From Thermoplasmata archaeon (lineage in GTDB: Archaea; Thermoplasmatota; Thermoplasmata; UBA10834), in the NCBI GenBank assembly GCA_014859835.1, contig JACZKW010000104.1:51608-115607 (forward strand): DNA of 64,000 nt, given 5' to 3'. A model generated the notes under the pieces. It was not told the origin of the DNA and searched no databases. It saw nothing but the letters and a program-made list of their open reading frames with translations. The position numbers and the translations under genes are program-made. Within the stretch, counting starts at the first letter, position 1. The number at the start of each line of letters is the position of its first letter. Positions 10,959 through 22,565 of this stretch are shown here, piece after piece.

Positions 10959-12839
10959 ATGGCAGAATCTAAGACCAAGGTCATAGGAATAGACCTGGGC
11001 ACGAGCAATTCGGCAGCTGCTGTGGTAGAGGGTGGCAGGCCGACGATAATACCGAGTGCAGAGGGAACCAGCTTGGGAGGCAAGGCGTTTCCGTCGTATG
11101 TCGCTTTCACGAAGGATGGGCAGATGCTGGTAGGCGAACCAGCCAGGAGGCAGGCGGTCTCCAACCCGGAAGGAACGATAATGACGATCAAGCGGAAGAT
11201 GGGGACGGACTACAAAACCAAGGTGCACGGAAAGGAGTACACGCCCCAACAGATATCCGCGTTCATACTGCAGAAGATAAAGCGCGATGCTGAAGCGTAC
11301 CTCGGCACAAAGGTCGAGAAGGCAGTCATCACCGTCCCGGCATACTTCAACGATAACCAGAGACAGGCGACCAAGGATGCTGGAATGATAGCTGGCCTCG
11401 ATGTGGTGAGGATAATCAACGAACCAACCGCGGCTGCCCTGGCATACGGGCTGGACAAGTCCGAAAAGGAACAGAAGATACTCGTCTTCGATCTGGGCGG
11501 CGGCACACTCGATGTCACCATAATGGAGTTCGGCGATGGAGTCTTCGAAGTCATATCCACGAGCGGTGACACCCAGCTGGGCGGTACCGACATGGACAAC
11601 ACGATGGTGGATTACATCGCCAAGGAGTTCAAGGCAGACTCCAGCATGGATATCACAAAGGACAAGATGGCGATGCAGAGGGTCAGAGAGGCGGCAGAGA
11701 AGGCAAAAATAGAGCTGTCCTCCACACTCGAGACAGAAATAAACCTCCCATATCTCAGCGCTGACTCTTCGGGGCCAAGGCACCTTACTATGAAGCTCAC
11801 AAGGGCGAAGCTGGAAGAGCTGGTCAAGCCAGTTGTGGATAAGTGCCGTGGACCGACTATGCAGGCGCTTGAGGATGGAAAGCTAAGTGCAGACAAGATA
11901 GACAAGGTCATATTGGTAGGCGGTCCAACGAGGATGCCGATCGTACATAGGTTCGTCGAGGGAGTCGTCGGACCCAAGATCGTGAGAGGTGTGGACCCGA
12001 TGGAATGCGTCGCCATGGGTGCTTCCATACAGGCAGGCATAATCGAGGGAAGTGTCACTGATATACTACTGCTCGATGTGACGCCTCTGTCATTGGGCGT
12101 CGAGACCCTCGGAGGAGTGTCCCACAAACTCATCGAAAGGAACACGACCATACCGACTAGGAAGAGTGAAGTCTTCTCCACAGCCGCGGACGGACAGACA
12201 AGCGTCGAGATCCATGTCTTGCAGGGAGAGAGACCGATGGCCGCGGATAATGTCACGCTTGGCAATTTCCACCTTATAGGAATACCTCCGGCCCCGAGGG
12301 GCTTGCCCCAGATCGAGGTCACCTTCGACATCGATGCCAATGGCATAATCGATGTCAGCGCGAAGGATCGAGGAACCGGCAAGGAGCAGAAGATAACTAT
12401 CACGGCCACAACGAAGCTCGGCAGGGAAGACATCGACAAGATGGTCAAGGACGCAGAGAGATTCGCGGACGAGGATCTCAAGCGTAAGGAGAAGGCGGAA
12501 CTGAGGAACAAGGCTGAGCAGAGGACATACGAGGTAACGCACATCCTGGAAGAGATGGGAGATAAGGTGCCACAGGACCTCAAGGAGAGCTTGACCAGAC
12601 TATCCGAAGAGGTCAAGACCGCCCTAGCAGGCGAAGATCTGGAAATCATCAAGCAGAAGCTGGAGGAGCTAGACAAGGCTCTGCTGGAGATCGGCAAGAA
12701 GGTCTATGAGACCGCCCAGCAGGCGGCATCCCAAGAGCCCCAGACGCCTCCACCCAGTGGAGACGAGCAATCAGGTGGCGGTGATGACGGTTATGTGGAC
12801 GCTGAGTACAAGATCGTCGACGATGATGACAAGAAGTGA
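10959..12839 (+). CDS. dnaK: chaperone DnaK (Hsp70)
   Basis: It has [19 protein letters not shown] and other Hsp70 signatures, and is 626 aa long. Confidence 0.97.
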   Translation: MAESKTKVIGIDLGTSNSAAAVVEGGRPTIIPSAEGTSLGGKAFPSYVAFTKDGQMLVGEPARRQAVSNPEGTIMTIKRKMGTDYKTKVHGKEYTPQQISAFILQKIKRDAEAYLGTKVEKAVITVPAYFNDNQRQATKDAGMIAGLDVVRIINEPTAAALAYGLDKSEKEQKILVFDLGGGTLDVTIMEFGDGVFEVISTSGDTQLGGTDMDNTMVDYIAKEFKADSSMDITKDKMAMQRVREAAEKAKIELSSTLETEINLPYLSADSSGPRHLTMKLTRAKLEELVKPVVDKCRGPTMQALEDGKLSADKIDKVILVGGPTRMPIVHRFVEGVVGPKIVRGVDPMECVAMGASIQAGIIEGSVTDILLLDVTPLSLGVETLGGVSHKLIERNTTIPTRKSEVFSTAADGQTSVEIHVLQGERPMAADNVTLGNFHLIGIPPAPRGLPQIEVTFDIDANGIIDVSAKDRGTGKEQKITITATTKLGREDIDKMVKDAERFADEDLKRKEKAELRNKAEQRTYEVTHILEEMGDKVPQDLKESLTRLSEEVKTALAGEDLEIIKQKLEELDKALLEIGKKVYETAQQAASQEPQTPPPSGDEQSGGGDDGYVDAEYKIVDDDDKK

Positions 12840-12915
12840 CCCAAACCTCTTTTTCCTATTTCCTCATTCTCTCGAACCGAATCGACTGAGAATGTAATGA
12901 GACGGTGATGATGCG

Positions 12916-14070
12916 ATGGTCCAGAAGAGAGACTACTACGAGGTACTAGGGGTATCTCGAAACGCCGCGAAGGATGAAATCAAAAAGGCGTACAGAAAAC
13001 TGGCCATGAAGTATCATCCTGACACCAACAAGGAGGATCCAAAGCAGGCAGAGGAGAAGTTCAAGGAACTCTCTGAAGCCTACGAGGTCCTCGCAGACGA
13101 TGAGAAGAAGACCAGATACGACCAGTACGGACATGAAGGCGTCCAGAGCACATTCAGAGGCGGTGGCTTCGACTGGTCGGATTTCACGCACTTCGGGGAT
13201 ATCAGCGACATATTCGGTAATTTCTCAGGCTTTGGCGGGAGCATTTTCGATCAGTTCTTCGGCGGAGGGATGAGACGAACAGGCCCCGTCGAAGGTAGGT
13301 CTCTCAGATACGACATTGACATACCTCTTGAGGAAGCGGCGACTGGAATCGAGAAGGAGATCAGGGTGCCGCACAGCATCGCTTGCAAGACCTGTGGGGG
13401 TATCGGGGCCAAGAAGGAGGACGTCAAGACATGTCCGACCTGCAAGGGGGCGGGACAGGTTCAGAGAGCGCAAAAGCGCGGAAACACATCTTTTGTGACT
13501 ATCGGCAATTGTCCGACCTGCAGAGGGAGAGGAAACCAGATCACGAAGAACTGTCCAGATTGCCAGGGACATGGAGTTGTCCAGACCACATCGACCTTGA
13601 AGGTATCGATCCCGAAGGGTGCCGAAGAGGGCATGCGTCTTAGGATAAGAGGGGCTGGCGAGGCCGGCCCCAACGGAGGTCCGCCAGGGGACCTGTATAT
13701 CATAATCCATATCGACGAGCATTCCGTGTTCGCACGGGATGGAAGAGACCTATGGCTGGAGACACCGATCACTTTCACACAGGCGGCTCTGGGAGCACAG
13801 ATCGACGTGCCCACGCTCAATGGGACCGCGAGAGTTACGGTACCACCAGGAACCCAGACGGGCACCGTTTTCAGACTCAAAGGAAAGGGCGTGCCGGACC
13901 TGAGAGGCCACGGCGAGGGGGACGAATTCGTGAAGGTCACGGTCCAGATACCGACCAAGTTGACATCTGAACAGAAGGATCTCATGAAGCGACTGGGGGA
14001 CTCACTCGGTGATTATGGCCGAGGGGACACGAAGAAAAACAGATTCAGCAAGTTCGGTCGGAAGATATGA
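12916..14070 (+). CDS. dnaJ: chaperone DnaJ (Hsp40)
   Basis: A J domain (YHPD), a G/F-rich region and a 4x CxxCxGxG zinc finger are present. Confidence 0.95.
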   Translation: MVQKRDYYEVLGVSRNAAKDEIKKAYRKLAMKYHPDTNKEDPKQAEEKFKELSEAYEVLADDEKKTRYDQYGHEGVQSTFRGGGFDWSDFTHFGDISDIFGNFSGFGGSIFDQFFGGGMRRTGPVEGRSLRYDIDIPLEEAATGIEKEIRVPHSIACKTCGGIGAKKEDVKTCPTCKGAGQVQRAQKRGNTSFVTIGNCPTCRGRGNQITKNCPDCQGHGVVQTTSTLKVSIPKGAEEGMRLRIRGAGEAGPNGGPPGDLYIIIHIDEHSVFARDGRDLWLETPITFTQAALGAQIDVPTLNGTARVTVPPGTQTGTVFRLKGKGVPDLRGHGEGDEFVKVTVQIPTKLTSEQKDLMKRLGDSLGDYGRGDTKKNRFSKFGRKI

Positions 14071-14270
14071 ACGAGAATCGCTCTCACACCGGGGCACAGA
14101 GCAGATAGACGTCAGAGAATCGAACCGTGTTCGGGAGAGATCCGCGACATCCAGAGATTGAGCAGAATGGAGAGAGATGGATCCATCACAGTCTCCAAAA
14201 ACCTCGCCGCCCGGGTCGATGTATCTCGCTCACGGAAGCAATCGAATTGCGGAAGAACGGCGATCACTAG

Positions 14271-15230
14271 CTAGAACAGATGGTCGTCCGTCAAGCGGGA
14301 CTCCCCGCCGACACCGCATCTGATGATCTCAAGACCCACATCCTTCAATCTTGTCTCAACCTCGGCGATGCGCTCTGGATGTGTGTTGACGTATACGGTG
14401 GCGCCAGTATCTATCGAGAAGTATGCGGGGACCCCTTCGGATCGCATCTTTCTGACCTCGAGTATCACCTTCACAGTCTCTGGTCTCCAAAGGATCATCT
14501 CATCTATGCCAGTCATCGTTATTCCGTGCAGGATAAGAGAGTCCCTCTCAGCCAGCATCCCTACGCGGTCGATATCCCTCTTCGTGATGGCGTTCTCCAT
14601 CTCTGAGAGGGCGCCATGGACGTATGCGAGTCGCGAATGGAAGAAGGGTGATCCCAGCACCGATCTATGCGCATTCTCCGTGTACTTGAAAGCAGGGATG
14701 AGAGCTACCAGGATCCCCATCTCGAAATCCTCGGACGCGATCTGGTATGAATACGATTCCTCATCCTCATGCCCAGCCTTCCATCTGGAGAATCCACCGG
14801 TGACCGAGCGCGATGCGGATCCTGCACCACGACGCGCAATGATGGAAATCTGTTCAAGGGACAGATCCAGCTTTGCAGCATCGCATGAAGCTACCGCGAG
14901 CGCAGCGAATCCTGAGGCCGACGATCCCAACCCCACGTTCGATGGAAAGTTATTCTTCGAGACCATCCTGAAATGGTCTTCGATACTGGCTCTCGCCCGT
15001 ACAACATCAACGACTGAAAGTACCCTCTCGAGCTCCCTCCCAGTCAGAGTGCGTGAGTCGACCTCCGCAACATCCTCTTCGAAATCGCCGAATTCAATAG
15101 TCGTGTGGCTCGCTGTTGGAGATGTGGAAACTGATATAGAATCGTGATACGGCAGTCGGAGCCGCTCGTCCTTAAGCCCGTGATATTTGATTAGCCCTTG
15201 AATCGGATACGCCATGGCTGATGATTTCAT
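14271..15230 (-). CDS. GHMP-kinase-fold mevalonate (di)phosphate decarboxylase family protein
   Basis: It has a LIKYHGLKD N-terminus, a GLGSSASGFAALA ATP-binding loop, and a diphosphomevalonate-decarboxylase-like C-terminus. Exact substrate specificity (MVD, PMD or M3K) cannot be assigned from sequence alone. Confidence 0.65.
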   Translation of the reverse strand: MKSSAMAYPIQGLIKYHGLKDERLRLPYHDSISVSTSPTASHTTIEFGDFEEDVAEVDSRTLTGRELERVLSVVDVVRARASIEDHFRMVSKNNFPSNVGLGSSASGFAALAVASCDAAKLDLSLEQISIIARRGAGSASRSVTGGFSRWKAGHEDEESYSYQIASEDFEMGILVALIPAFKYTENAHRSVLGSPFFHSRLAYVHGALSEMENAITKRDIDRVGMLAERDSLILHGITMTGIDEMILWRPETVKVILEVRKMRSEGVPAYFSIDTGATVYVNTHPERIAEVETRLKDVGLEIIRCGVGGESRLTDDHLF

Positions 15231-15239
15231 CGTCTCACC

Positions 15240-15644
15240 TCACACATCGAAGAGTACGACCAGTGTCTTATGAGCATCGTTGAATTCTAGCTTGTGATAG
15301 GTCACACCCTTTACGACAGAACGTTTCGTATGTCGCTCGTCATCGAATTCCTCCCCATGGATATGTGCATCCAGTTTGTTTCCATCCATGGTGATGTCGA
15401 ACCTGCTGAACACCAAGTTCTCGGCATCATGCAAGAAGAGCAGTTCCTGCAAGAAGTCAACGAGAAGCTGTTCCCTTGTCCCCGCTTCAATCTGTATCCT
15501 CATCTCGCCAGTCGGCTGTATCTTGCTCACATCGGTAATCTGATCGAATAAAGCGTATGCCGCGTTCGCGAATCTCTCCTCCAATGTCTCCCCATGGACT
15601 TCGACCATCGCATCGGCAGTGTGTTCCAACAGCCTGTATCTCAT
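15240..15644 (-). CDS. archease (RtcB ligase cofactor)
   Basis: The MRYRLLEHTADAMVEVHGETLEE signature is present, with an expected size of about 135 aa from the internal Met. Confidence 0.8.
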   Translation of the reverse strand: MRYRLLEHTADAMVEVHGETLEERFANAAYALFDQITDVSKIQPTGEMRIQIEAGTREQLLVDFLQELLFLHDAENLVFSRFDITMDGNKLDAHIHGEEFDDERHTKRSVVKGVTYHKLEFNDAHKTLVVLFDV

Positions 15645-15678
15645 GCAGATTGACAGTGGACTTGAGCATATATCAACT

Positions 15679-16362
15679 CTATGCTTCAAACCGTGATTGG
15701 TGATGATCACATAGGTGAGATATCTGGCATTGCTCACATCGAGGGTTCTGAGACCTGCAGATTGCTCGTCCGTGTTCGATCAGATTGATATGGAATGGAT
15801 AGAACCTCCGTAAAGGCACAATCTTCGCAAGCTCCTCCTGGGCAGGCTCTCTGGAGGTCTTCTCGCTGATCAATCCGATCCTGCGGGACACTCTATGTAC
15901 ATGAGTGTCGACGGGGAATGCAGGCATTCCCAATGAGAACAGCAGAACAATCGCGCGAGTCTTTGGTCCCACGCCTTTCATTCCAGCAAGCCATCTGTCC
16001 GCCCCTGAAGGCGTCATCTGCCTTAGAAAACCCAGCTCTAGCTCTCCCCGCTCGGACCGAATATACTCAAGGGCATCCAATATCCTATGCGCCTTGATCT
16101 CGGCTAACCCCCCTGAGCGAATTATCTTGGCGATTCTCGCTGAGTCCTCGCACTCCATGGACTCCCATGTCGGATATTCCTTCTTCAGGGCCAGGTAGCT
16201 CCTATGAGAATTGAGATCGGTCGTATTCTGAGAGAGTATGGTCTCGACCAGGGTATCGAGTGGATCGTCATTTGGGACAACCTTGTCGTCACCATAGCAT
16301 TTTACGAGCAGACTGTCGATCACAGCCGCCTTCTTCTTCGCATCTCGTCGTGATGCCTGCAT
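15679..16362 (-). CDS. nth: endonuclease III (HhH-GPD glycosylase with [4Fe-4S] cluster)
   Basis: An HhH motif (LPGVGPKTRA-like: MKGVGPKTRAIV), a catalytic Asp region and a C-x6-C-x2-C-x5-C cluster (CRSQNPRCEQCQISHLC) are present. Confidence 0.8.
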   Translation of the reverse strand: MQASRRDAKKKAAVIDSLLVKCYGDDKVVPNDDPLDTLVETILSQNTTDLNSHRSYLALKKEYPTWESMECEDSARIAKIIRSGGLAEIKAHRILDALEYIRSERGELELGFLRQMTPSGADRWLAGMKGVGPKTRAIVLLFSLGMPAFPVDTHVHRVSRRIGLISEKTSREPAQEELAKIVPLRRFYPFHINLIEHGRAICRSQNPRCEQCQISHLCDHHQSRFEA

Positions 16363-16370
16363 CGATATCC

Positions 16371-17758
16371 TCAGCCAGTCGTCACTTTGACATTGCTGAA
16401 TCTAATGCTAGGCATTAGATTATTGCCATAATCCGTGATATCGGCACCTATCCGTGAGATTCCTTTGATGAGTTCCAACAGATTTCCAGATATCATGACT
16501 CCCCTCACCCCACCGACTATCTGTCCCTTACGTATCTTCAGACCCGGGTTCGCAACGAAGGAGAAATCACCCGTCTCAAGATTGCTCGTATGGACGCCCT
16601 GACCAGACCATACGAGATATCCATCGTCGACCTCCGCAACAAGATCCTCGAGCATCCCACTACCAGGTCGGATCTGGAGGTTCAGGGGAGATGAGGATAC
16701 TGCCCCGGTTAGCAGGTTCCTGACAGCGTTCCCAGTCGATGACCTATGGGCCTTCGCGCCATAGTAGTTGTCCCAGACAAAACCGTTCACGACACCTTCT
16801 TTTATCAGCGTCTTCTTCTTCGTCGGCATGCCTTCATCATCGAACTGCTTGGATCCGCCTGCACCGCTTAGAACAGGATTATCATAGATCGTGAGTTCCT
16901 TGGGGGCAATCTGCTCCCCCAATAATTCCGATAGAAACGAATTCTTTCTAATGACGCTCTGGCCGGACAAGGATTTCTGCATCATTATGTTCAAAAGGCC
17001 GGAGTCACTGTCCCCGAGTGCGGCCGGACTGAAAACTACATCACATTCACCGGTATGGGACCCTGCTATGACCGAGGATTTGAGTGCGATCTCGGCACTG
17101 TTTCGACCGATTTTCTCGAAGTCCATATTCGTCGAACGAGACATCGATCCCTGAGCGGACTCCGCTGTGACCGATGACCCACTTCCCCAGAGCGACACAC
17201 AGAAGGCCTGCAGTGCGGTCTCCCGCCTATGAGCTTCTATTCCGGACGAATTGAGCACGCCTGTCGACTGGATTGAACATTCCACACCTCCAAGGGTGAC
17301 GGAAATGGGTTCAGCGACCGATCGGGCACCTTCTATCATCGTCTCGGCCATATCCTTTAGCCCGTCGAGTTCAAGAGAGATGAGTCCGGAATCGAACAGA
17401 CCCTTGACCTCAGGATACTTGCCCTTCGAGCAGGGGAATCCAGGCCAATCCAAATCCGGTTGGTTAGAAGCTGTGAGGGCTTTCGCGCTGCGCATGCACC
17501 TCTCGATGTCCTTCGATCTGAACGAACTGCAGAATGATGCGCCTGCCCTGGCATCGCGGACCACCCTAATTGACAGACCAGTGCTCTCGACGACAGTAGC
17601 CGAGTTGATACGGTTCGTATCAATCATCAGGTATCGGGAGGATTTCGAATACGCGAAGGCTTCGAACTCATTCAAGCCCAGCCTTCTCGCATGATCAGGG
17701 ATGGTTTCAAGGACTTCTCTCAACTGGGTCTCCTGCCCGAGCGGTTTGAGGGGCATCA
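16371..17758 (-). CDS. TldD/PmbA-family (peptidase U62) protein
   Basis: It has full-length U62 homology. Its start appears to overlap the stop of the upstream paralogue by 4 nt. Confidence 0.75.
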
Positions 17759-19156
17759 TCCAGACCCCCCGAAGACGATAGCTCCTTTCTTCAGACTCAT
17801 ATGAGGACCACCATCGCTGGTCGCCATATACTGGAATAATTTCCCGCAATAACTCGATTCGATTTCGAAATCATCTCCAAGGCCGTCGATCATCTGCAAC
17901 GAATCGACTGCAATCCCGCTGAGCGCGAGGTCGCGGACCGGCTTTGATATCTCGCCATCACGAATCTCATAGCATTCTTGGATACCGACCTGAAAACTCG
18001 AATTGGTCTCGGTCTGGCCGCCTTTGACGTCCACACAATAGTAACCGAACTTCTTGCCCTCAAGTAATTCATCGAGAGACATGTCGCCCCTTGCAAAGTA
18101 TGTGTTCCTCATCCTGATTATTGGGGGCGCCCGGTAGGATTCCGCTCGTGCGTTTCCTGTTGGAGGGGTCCCGAGGCGGGCAGCCCATTCTCGGTCCGTC
18201 ATCTGCTCGCCCAGAACCCCGTTCCGTATCAGGACCGCATCTCTCGCAACCACACCCTCGTCATCAATCTTGATGTTGCCAAAACCATCGTTGATTGACG
18301 GGGAATCTAGTATCGTGATGTTCTCCGGAGCAACCCGCTTTCCTTCAAGGTCACCGAAGGCACCGGTGGAGAAGGAATCCGCTTCGGCAAGATGTCCGAG
18401 CGCCTCATGGGCGAGCATGCCAACGACTCTTGGGGAAAGGATGCACGGAAATGTCCCGCGTTTCGCAGGAATTCCATTCATCTGACCCTGAATACGTTTC
18501 ACCAGTCTATCAGTTATCGTTTTCGCAGTCTCTTTCTTCTCGAAGAAGTCCCAACCACGAGTCACTGTTCCCACTTCGTCCCTGGACGAAACGGAACGAC
18601 CAGCGACCCGCCCTGATGCGGCGGTCATAAGATCCGCAAGTGAGACATCGGTCACAACACATGTCCCCTCACTGGTGACCAGCAGTTTCTGACCAGATGT
18701 ATCACGATAGTTCGTCACGGATGTCGTGATCCTCGAATCGGAATGGATTACACCCAGACATATCTCCTTCAGGAACGAGATCTTTTCATCCATATCGATT
18801 TCCTGGAGAGGTTTCCGCGTGCGCGAGCGCACATGCCGCTGAACCGGCTTGATCATACACAATTCGGCAGGAGCCTCACCTTCCCTAGGTGGGACTACTG
18901 ATGCGGCTTTCGCAGCATTCCGTATAGTTGATTGGATGTCTCGGAAACCATCGGATACAGAGAAACCCCAGCAACCATTATTCAATACACGCGCGGAGTG
19001 CCCTGACTCATATCTGCGGGAAATCACTTCAACGCCCGAATCGCGTTGATCTATAGCAGTGTGAACTGTGGATTCCGCCCTCAATTCGACATAATCGAGG
19101 GAGCTGCATAATCGTGACCCCAAAGCTTTTGCCAGGCGGTCAGGGAGGTCGCTCAT
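17756..19156 (-). CDS. TldD/PmbA-family (peptidase U62) protein
   Basis: It carries an HExxxH-containing U62 domain and is the tandem partner of the adjacent paralogue. Confidence 0.8.
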   Translation of the reverse strand: MSDLPDRLAKALGSRLCSSLDYVELRAESTVHTAIDQRDSGVEVISRRYESGHSARVLNNGCWGFSVSDGFRDIQSTIRNAAKAASVVPPREGEAPAELCMIKPVQRHVRSRTRKPLQEIDMDEKISFLKEICLGVIHSDSRITTSVTNYRDTSGQKLLVTSEGTCVVTDVSLADLMTAASGRVAGRSVSSRDEVGTVTRGWDFFEKKETAKTITDRLVKRIQGQMNGIPAKRGTFPCILSPRVVGMLAHEALGHLAEADSFSTGAFGDLEGKRVAPENITILDSPSINDGFGNIKIDDEGVVARDAVLIRNGVLGEQMTDREWAARLGTPPTGNARAESYRAPPIIRMRNTYFARGDMSLDELLEGKKFGYYCVDVKGGQTETNSSFQVGIQECYEIRDGEISKPVRDLALSGIAVDSLQMIDGLGDDFEIESSYCGKLFQYMATSDGGPHMSLKKGAIVFGGSG

Positions 19157-19446
19157 CGAGAATAGGTACTATAGTTCCTATTCAAAAAGGATGCTACATA
19201 GATGCATATACCAGTTCCATGCAGGAACGATGATTGTTGCCTCTGGTTCTGTCAATTATCGGGCGGTGGTCATCATGACCGCCCGACCGATCGACTCGTC
19301 CCATTCGGCTCCGACCGTGCGCCCTTAGCTGGGTCGTAGAGGGCGGTCATCATCACTTCATGCTGGAACGCGCCGGGGCTGAACCGTAAGCCCCCTGCCA
19401 CCCCGTCCGGGAAGGCGGTCTGCAGCAGGTTTATGTCGGCGTTGAC

Positions 19447-20316
19447 ATGCCTATATACAGAACCGTTGCCTCTGAAAGCTTTTATATCCCTCGGGATTTC
19501 CTCCAAAACGTGAAGATCTGCGTCATCGGATGTGGCGCGATTGGCACGACAATCGCGAAGGCAGTGGACGACTTTCCAGAGGTGGAAGTCACATACCTGA
19601 CTGATCGGTCCCAGGAATGTGCGACCAGGCTTCAGGAGCATACGAAGAAGGTCGTCTATGTTCCAGATATTGTGCCAATCCTTGGGGAGATCGGATTGGT
19701 GGCCGAGGCTGCCAGTCAAGACGCTGCCAGATATTATGTACCCCTCGCTCTTTCGGCCGGGGTGGATGTTCTAGTCATGAGCGTCGGAGTCTTCCAGGAC
19801 GAAGAGTTCCAGGCGGACACTTACCGATTATCGAAGAGAAAGGGTGCCAAGATATTCATCCCGAGCGGGGCCATAGGAGGGATCGACGCCCTTTCCTCGG
19901 CGAGCATGGAGGAGATAGATGAGGTGACGCTCACGACTACGAAACCTCCATCGGCCTTCGGTCCCAGCGCATATCTGGAATCCAAAGGGATCATCCCCTC
20001 AGAAATCCGCGTAAGAACGGAGCTGTTCCACGGTTCTGCCAGAGAGGCGGTCAAATACTTCCCCCAGAACATCAATATCGCCGCCACGATATCGCTTGCA
20101 GGGGTCGGTTTCGAGAGAACCACGATAAGAATAGTCTGCGACCCGCAGGTGAAGACCAACGAGCATAATCTGAGGGCGAAGGGGAAGTTCGGCGAGCTGG
20201 ATGTGGTAACGAGAAACCTACCATCGCCGCGCAATCCGAAGACGAGTTACCTGGCAGCATTGTCCGCAATATCGGCCATACGGAAGATCACGGGACATAT
20301 GTGGGTTGGAGTCTAG
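19447..20316 (+). CDS. nadX: L-aspartate dehydrogenase (NadX-like)
   Basis: A Rossmann motif (ICVIGCGAIGT) and NadX-family length and C-terminal conservation are present. Confidence 0.6.
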   Translation: MPIYRTVASESFYIPRDFLQNVKICVIGCGAIGTTIAKAVDDFPEVEVTYLTDRSQECATRLQEHTKKVVYVPDIVPILGEIGLVAEAASQDAARYYVPLALSAGVDVLVMSVGVFQDEEFQADTYRLSKRKGAKIFIPSGAIGGIDALSSASMEEIDEVTLTTTKPPSAFGPSAYLESKGIIPSEIRVRTELFHGSAREAVKYFPQNINIAATISLAGVGFERTTIRIVCDPQVKTNEHNLRAKGKFGELDVVTRNLPSPRNPKTSYLAALSAISAIRKITGHMWVGV

Positions 20317-21451
20317 GCTCACTAACCTCTTATATCGTGATGCATATTATTCTGCCAGTGATGACTTGTCTACGAAGGAAAAGTGCATCTTTGCATCTAT
20401 GAAGACAGAAGTGGATGCCGTTGTGCTCATGAATGGTACGGACCCGAACCTGGACACGAGCTTCTTCTATTCCACGGGCATTCCGAACGGCCTTTTCGAG
20501 GGATGCATAGCCATCGTCACCCCTAAGAAGACCGAAGTGATCAGCTCGGAGCTGGAAGAACTCAGCGCAGTGACCTCGGGAGTTAAAACGGCGGTGTTCG
20601 AAAGCACTGAACACCGCACCAAGTTACTAGAAAGGAAGCTCAAGGGGTACCGGGCGGTAGGCATCAACGCGCGTGAACTGACACACGCCAATTATCTCAA
20701 GATCAAGAAAGCGGCCAAGGGAATCAAGTTGCTCGATGTCTCACAGGACATCGAGAACGCTCGGATGCTGAAGCAGCCCGATGAAATCGTCAGGATCAAG
20801 AAAGCCTGCAAGATCGCGACATTGGTCGCTGAGAAGATACCGGAGATGGTCTCGGAAGGGGACACTGAGACCGAAGGGGCCGCGGAACTCAATCATATGA
20901 TGATGAGACTCGGAGCCACTGGACCAGCTTTCGTCACCGCGGTTGCTTTTGGTGCGAGTAGCGCTGAACCGCATTACTATCCCGGTCAGAAGAAGCTGAG
21001 GAAAGGACAATTCGCCTTGTTCGATTTTGGCGCTGAGTACAAGAGATATGTATCGGACGTAACCAGGACTTTCATACGTGGAGAGCCGAATCCAAGGCAG
21101 AAGGAGATGTACGAGACGGTCCTGGAAGCACAGATGGCGGCCATCGACGCAATACATGCGGGTGTCAGTGGAAAGGAAGTGGATCTGGTGGCCAGGAGCA
21201 TCATCGACAGGAGCAAGTTCAGAGGGCGATTCATCCATAGCACGGGACACGGTCTGGGAATGTCCGTCCATGATCCCGGGGCGATATCATACGCAAGGGA
21301 CATGGTCCTTAAGGAAGGAATGGTCCTGACGGTCGAACCCGGAGTATACATAAAGGGGTTCGGTGGGGTGCGTATCGAGGACGATGTGCTGATTACAAAG
21401 AAGGGCTGCCAGATACTCACTCCGTGCACAAAGGAGTTCAGGAGCATCTAG
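20306..21451 (+). CDS. M24-family Xaa-Pro aminopeptidase/dipeptidase
   Basis: It has the pita-bread fold metal ligands (DVTRTF ... HSTGHGLGMSVHD ... EPG ... IEDD). Confidence 0.8.
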   Translation: MESRLTNLLYRDAYYSASDDLSTKEKCIFASMKTEVDAVVLMNGTDPNLDTSFFYSTGIPNGLFEGCIAIVTPKKTEVISSELEELSAVTSGVKTAVFESTEHRTKLLERKLKGYRAVGINARELTHANYLKIKKAAKGIKLLDVSQDIENARMLKQPDEIVRIKKACKIATLVAEKIPEMVSEGDTETEGAAELNHMMMRLGATGPAFVTAVAFGASSAEPHYYPGQKKLRKGQFALFDFGAEYKRYVSDVTRTFIRGEPNPRQKEMYETVLEAQMAAIDAIHAGVSGKEVDLVARSIIDRSKFRGRFIHSTGHGLGMSVHDPGAISYARDMVLKEGMVLTVEPGVYIKGFGGVRIEDDVLITKKGCQILTPCTKEFRSI

Positions 21452-21831
21452 AAGATTGCCAGCATACGTATATCGAAGAATCGTTGCGCGATCTCCTCAA
21501 CCAAATAGATTAGGATGACCCCTAGAAAAGAAATGACCAGAGAAGCAGCCCAATCATCGGAGACCGGAAGTTCCTCCACCAGGACGAATCTGACGACCAC
21601 GACGAGCACTACGAAAGCGAGCAACAACCCGAGGTCTCCGAAATCCGCCTCCGAGGCGATGTTTCTGAGAAGCGGAATCACCAGGACGGCCATGAAGGAC
21701 ACGAGCACAAGGCGCAGAGCATAGGATCCGTCCATCGACCAATCTCCACCCACCAGAGACGCGCTGACGAAGAAGATCAGTGTCACGAGTATCAATGCTA
21801 TGATCAGTACGACAAGTTGCTCGATGCTCAT
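21448..21831 (-). CDS. small multi-pass membrane protein (hypothetical)
   Basis: It has three or four hydrophobic helices. The start was chosen at the internal Met so that it does not overlap the upstream gene. Confidence 0.4.
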   Translation of the reverse strand: MSIEQLVVLIIALILVTLIFFVSASLVGGDWSMDGSYALRLVLVSFMAVLVIPLLRNIASEADFGDLGLLLAFVVLVVVVRFVLVEELPVSDDWAASLVISFLGVILIYLVEEIAQRFFDIRMLAIF

Positions 21832-21869
21832 GGTCCTACCACTATTGGGACGACCGTCTCCAACATATG

Positions 21870-22469
21870 TTACTTTCGCTTCCCCTTCCTCTTTATCCTT
21901 GGGATCGCCAGTATCTCCCGTATTTCGAAGTCGAAGAAGGAGTTTGCATGCGCGGGCCTGACGACGCATGCGGTATCTGCCCCGGTGCCAGTGCCCCCGA
22001 TGGCCATGACCTCGAGGTCTCCGCATGGAATAGCACCAGTATCAGCGGCCATCACGGTGATCTCGACGCATACTTTTAGACCTTGGCCGAAGAGGGCTCG
22101 CAACGATTCCGAAATCACCTCCACTCGAGATGCGCCACCTAGCTTTCTCGTGATGGAACGTTCGATGCCAGATAACACGTGTGACGCTCTCACGATCCGA
22201 ACGCCTTTGGACCTGAGTGAATCCTCGACATCCTGTCCCATCTCGCATTCTCCCTCTGTCTTGAATCCGCAATGATGGGTGACGGCGACGACATTGATGG
22301 GTCTGTCTCCAACTCTGGAAAGCAACCTCTCGACAGTATACCCGGAATTGCTGGCAACGACAATGTGTGTGATGCCATCGAGCTCCAACCGTCTGGTCAC
22401 GGCGTCCATGACCTGATCGGTATTCCTCTTGCCAGGCGAATCGAAATATCGAATGATCGAATCAATCAT
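21870..22469 (-). CDS. pyruvate-kinase C-terminal (alpha/beta) domain-like protein
   Basis: The overall similarity is to the archaeal PK_C-like family and it is about 200 aa long. Confidence 0.45.
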   Translation of the reverse strand: MIDSIIRYFDSPGKRNTDQVMDAVTRRLELDGITHIVVASNSGYTVERLLSRVGDRPINVVAVTHHCGFKTEGECEMGQDVEDSLRSKGVRIVRASHVLSGIERSITRKLGGASRVEVISESLRALFGQGLKVCVEITVMAADTGAIPCGDLEVMAIGGTGTGADTACVVRPAHANSFFDFEIREILAIPRIKRKGKRK

Positions 22470-22565
22470 GTAAGTGAAAGGGGATCCGATCAGATATGAA
22501 CATTGCGCAAGCCAGTCGGTATTTGAGATAACGCTTATCTACGGAGGATCGATTAAGGGAGTTAC

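Noticed and set aside
9439-12697. Long ORFs antisense to the thermosome, GrpE and DnaK (for example 9439–10491, 10875–11783 and 11612–12697 on the minus strand, 237–361 aa)
   Set aside because: They lie entirely inside strongly supported chaperone genes on the opposite strand. They are low-complexity Ser/Ala/Arg-rich translations typical of GC-rich antisense frames, with no motifs.
19273-19719. 148-aa minus-strand ORF upstream of and overlapping nadX
   Set aside because: It overlaps the NadX N-terminus on the opposite strand and reads as a biased antisense translation. The upstream part lies in a promoter-sized gap.
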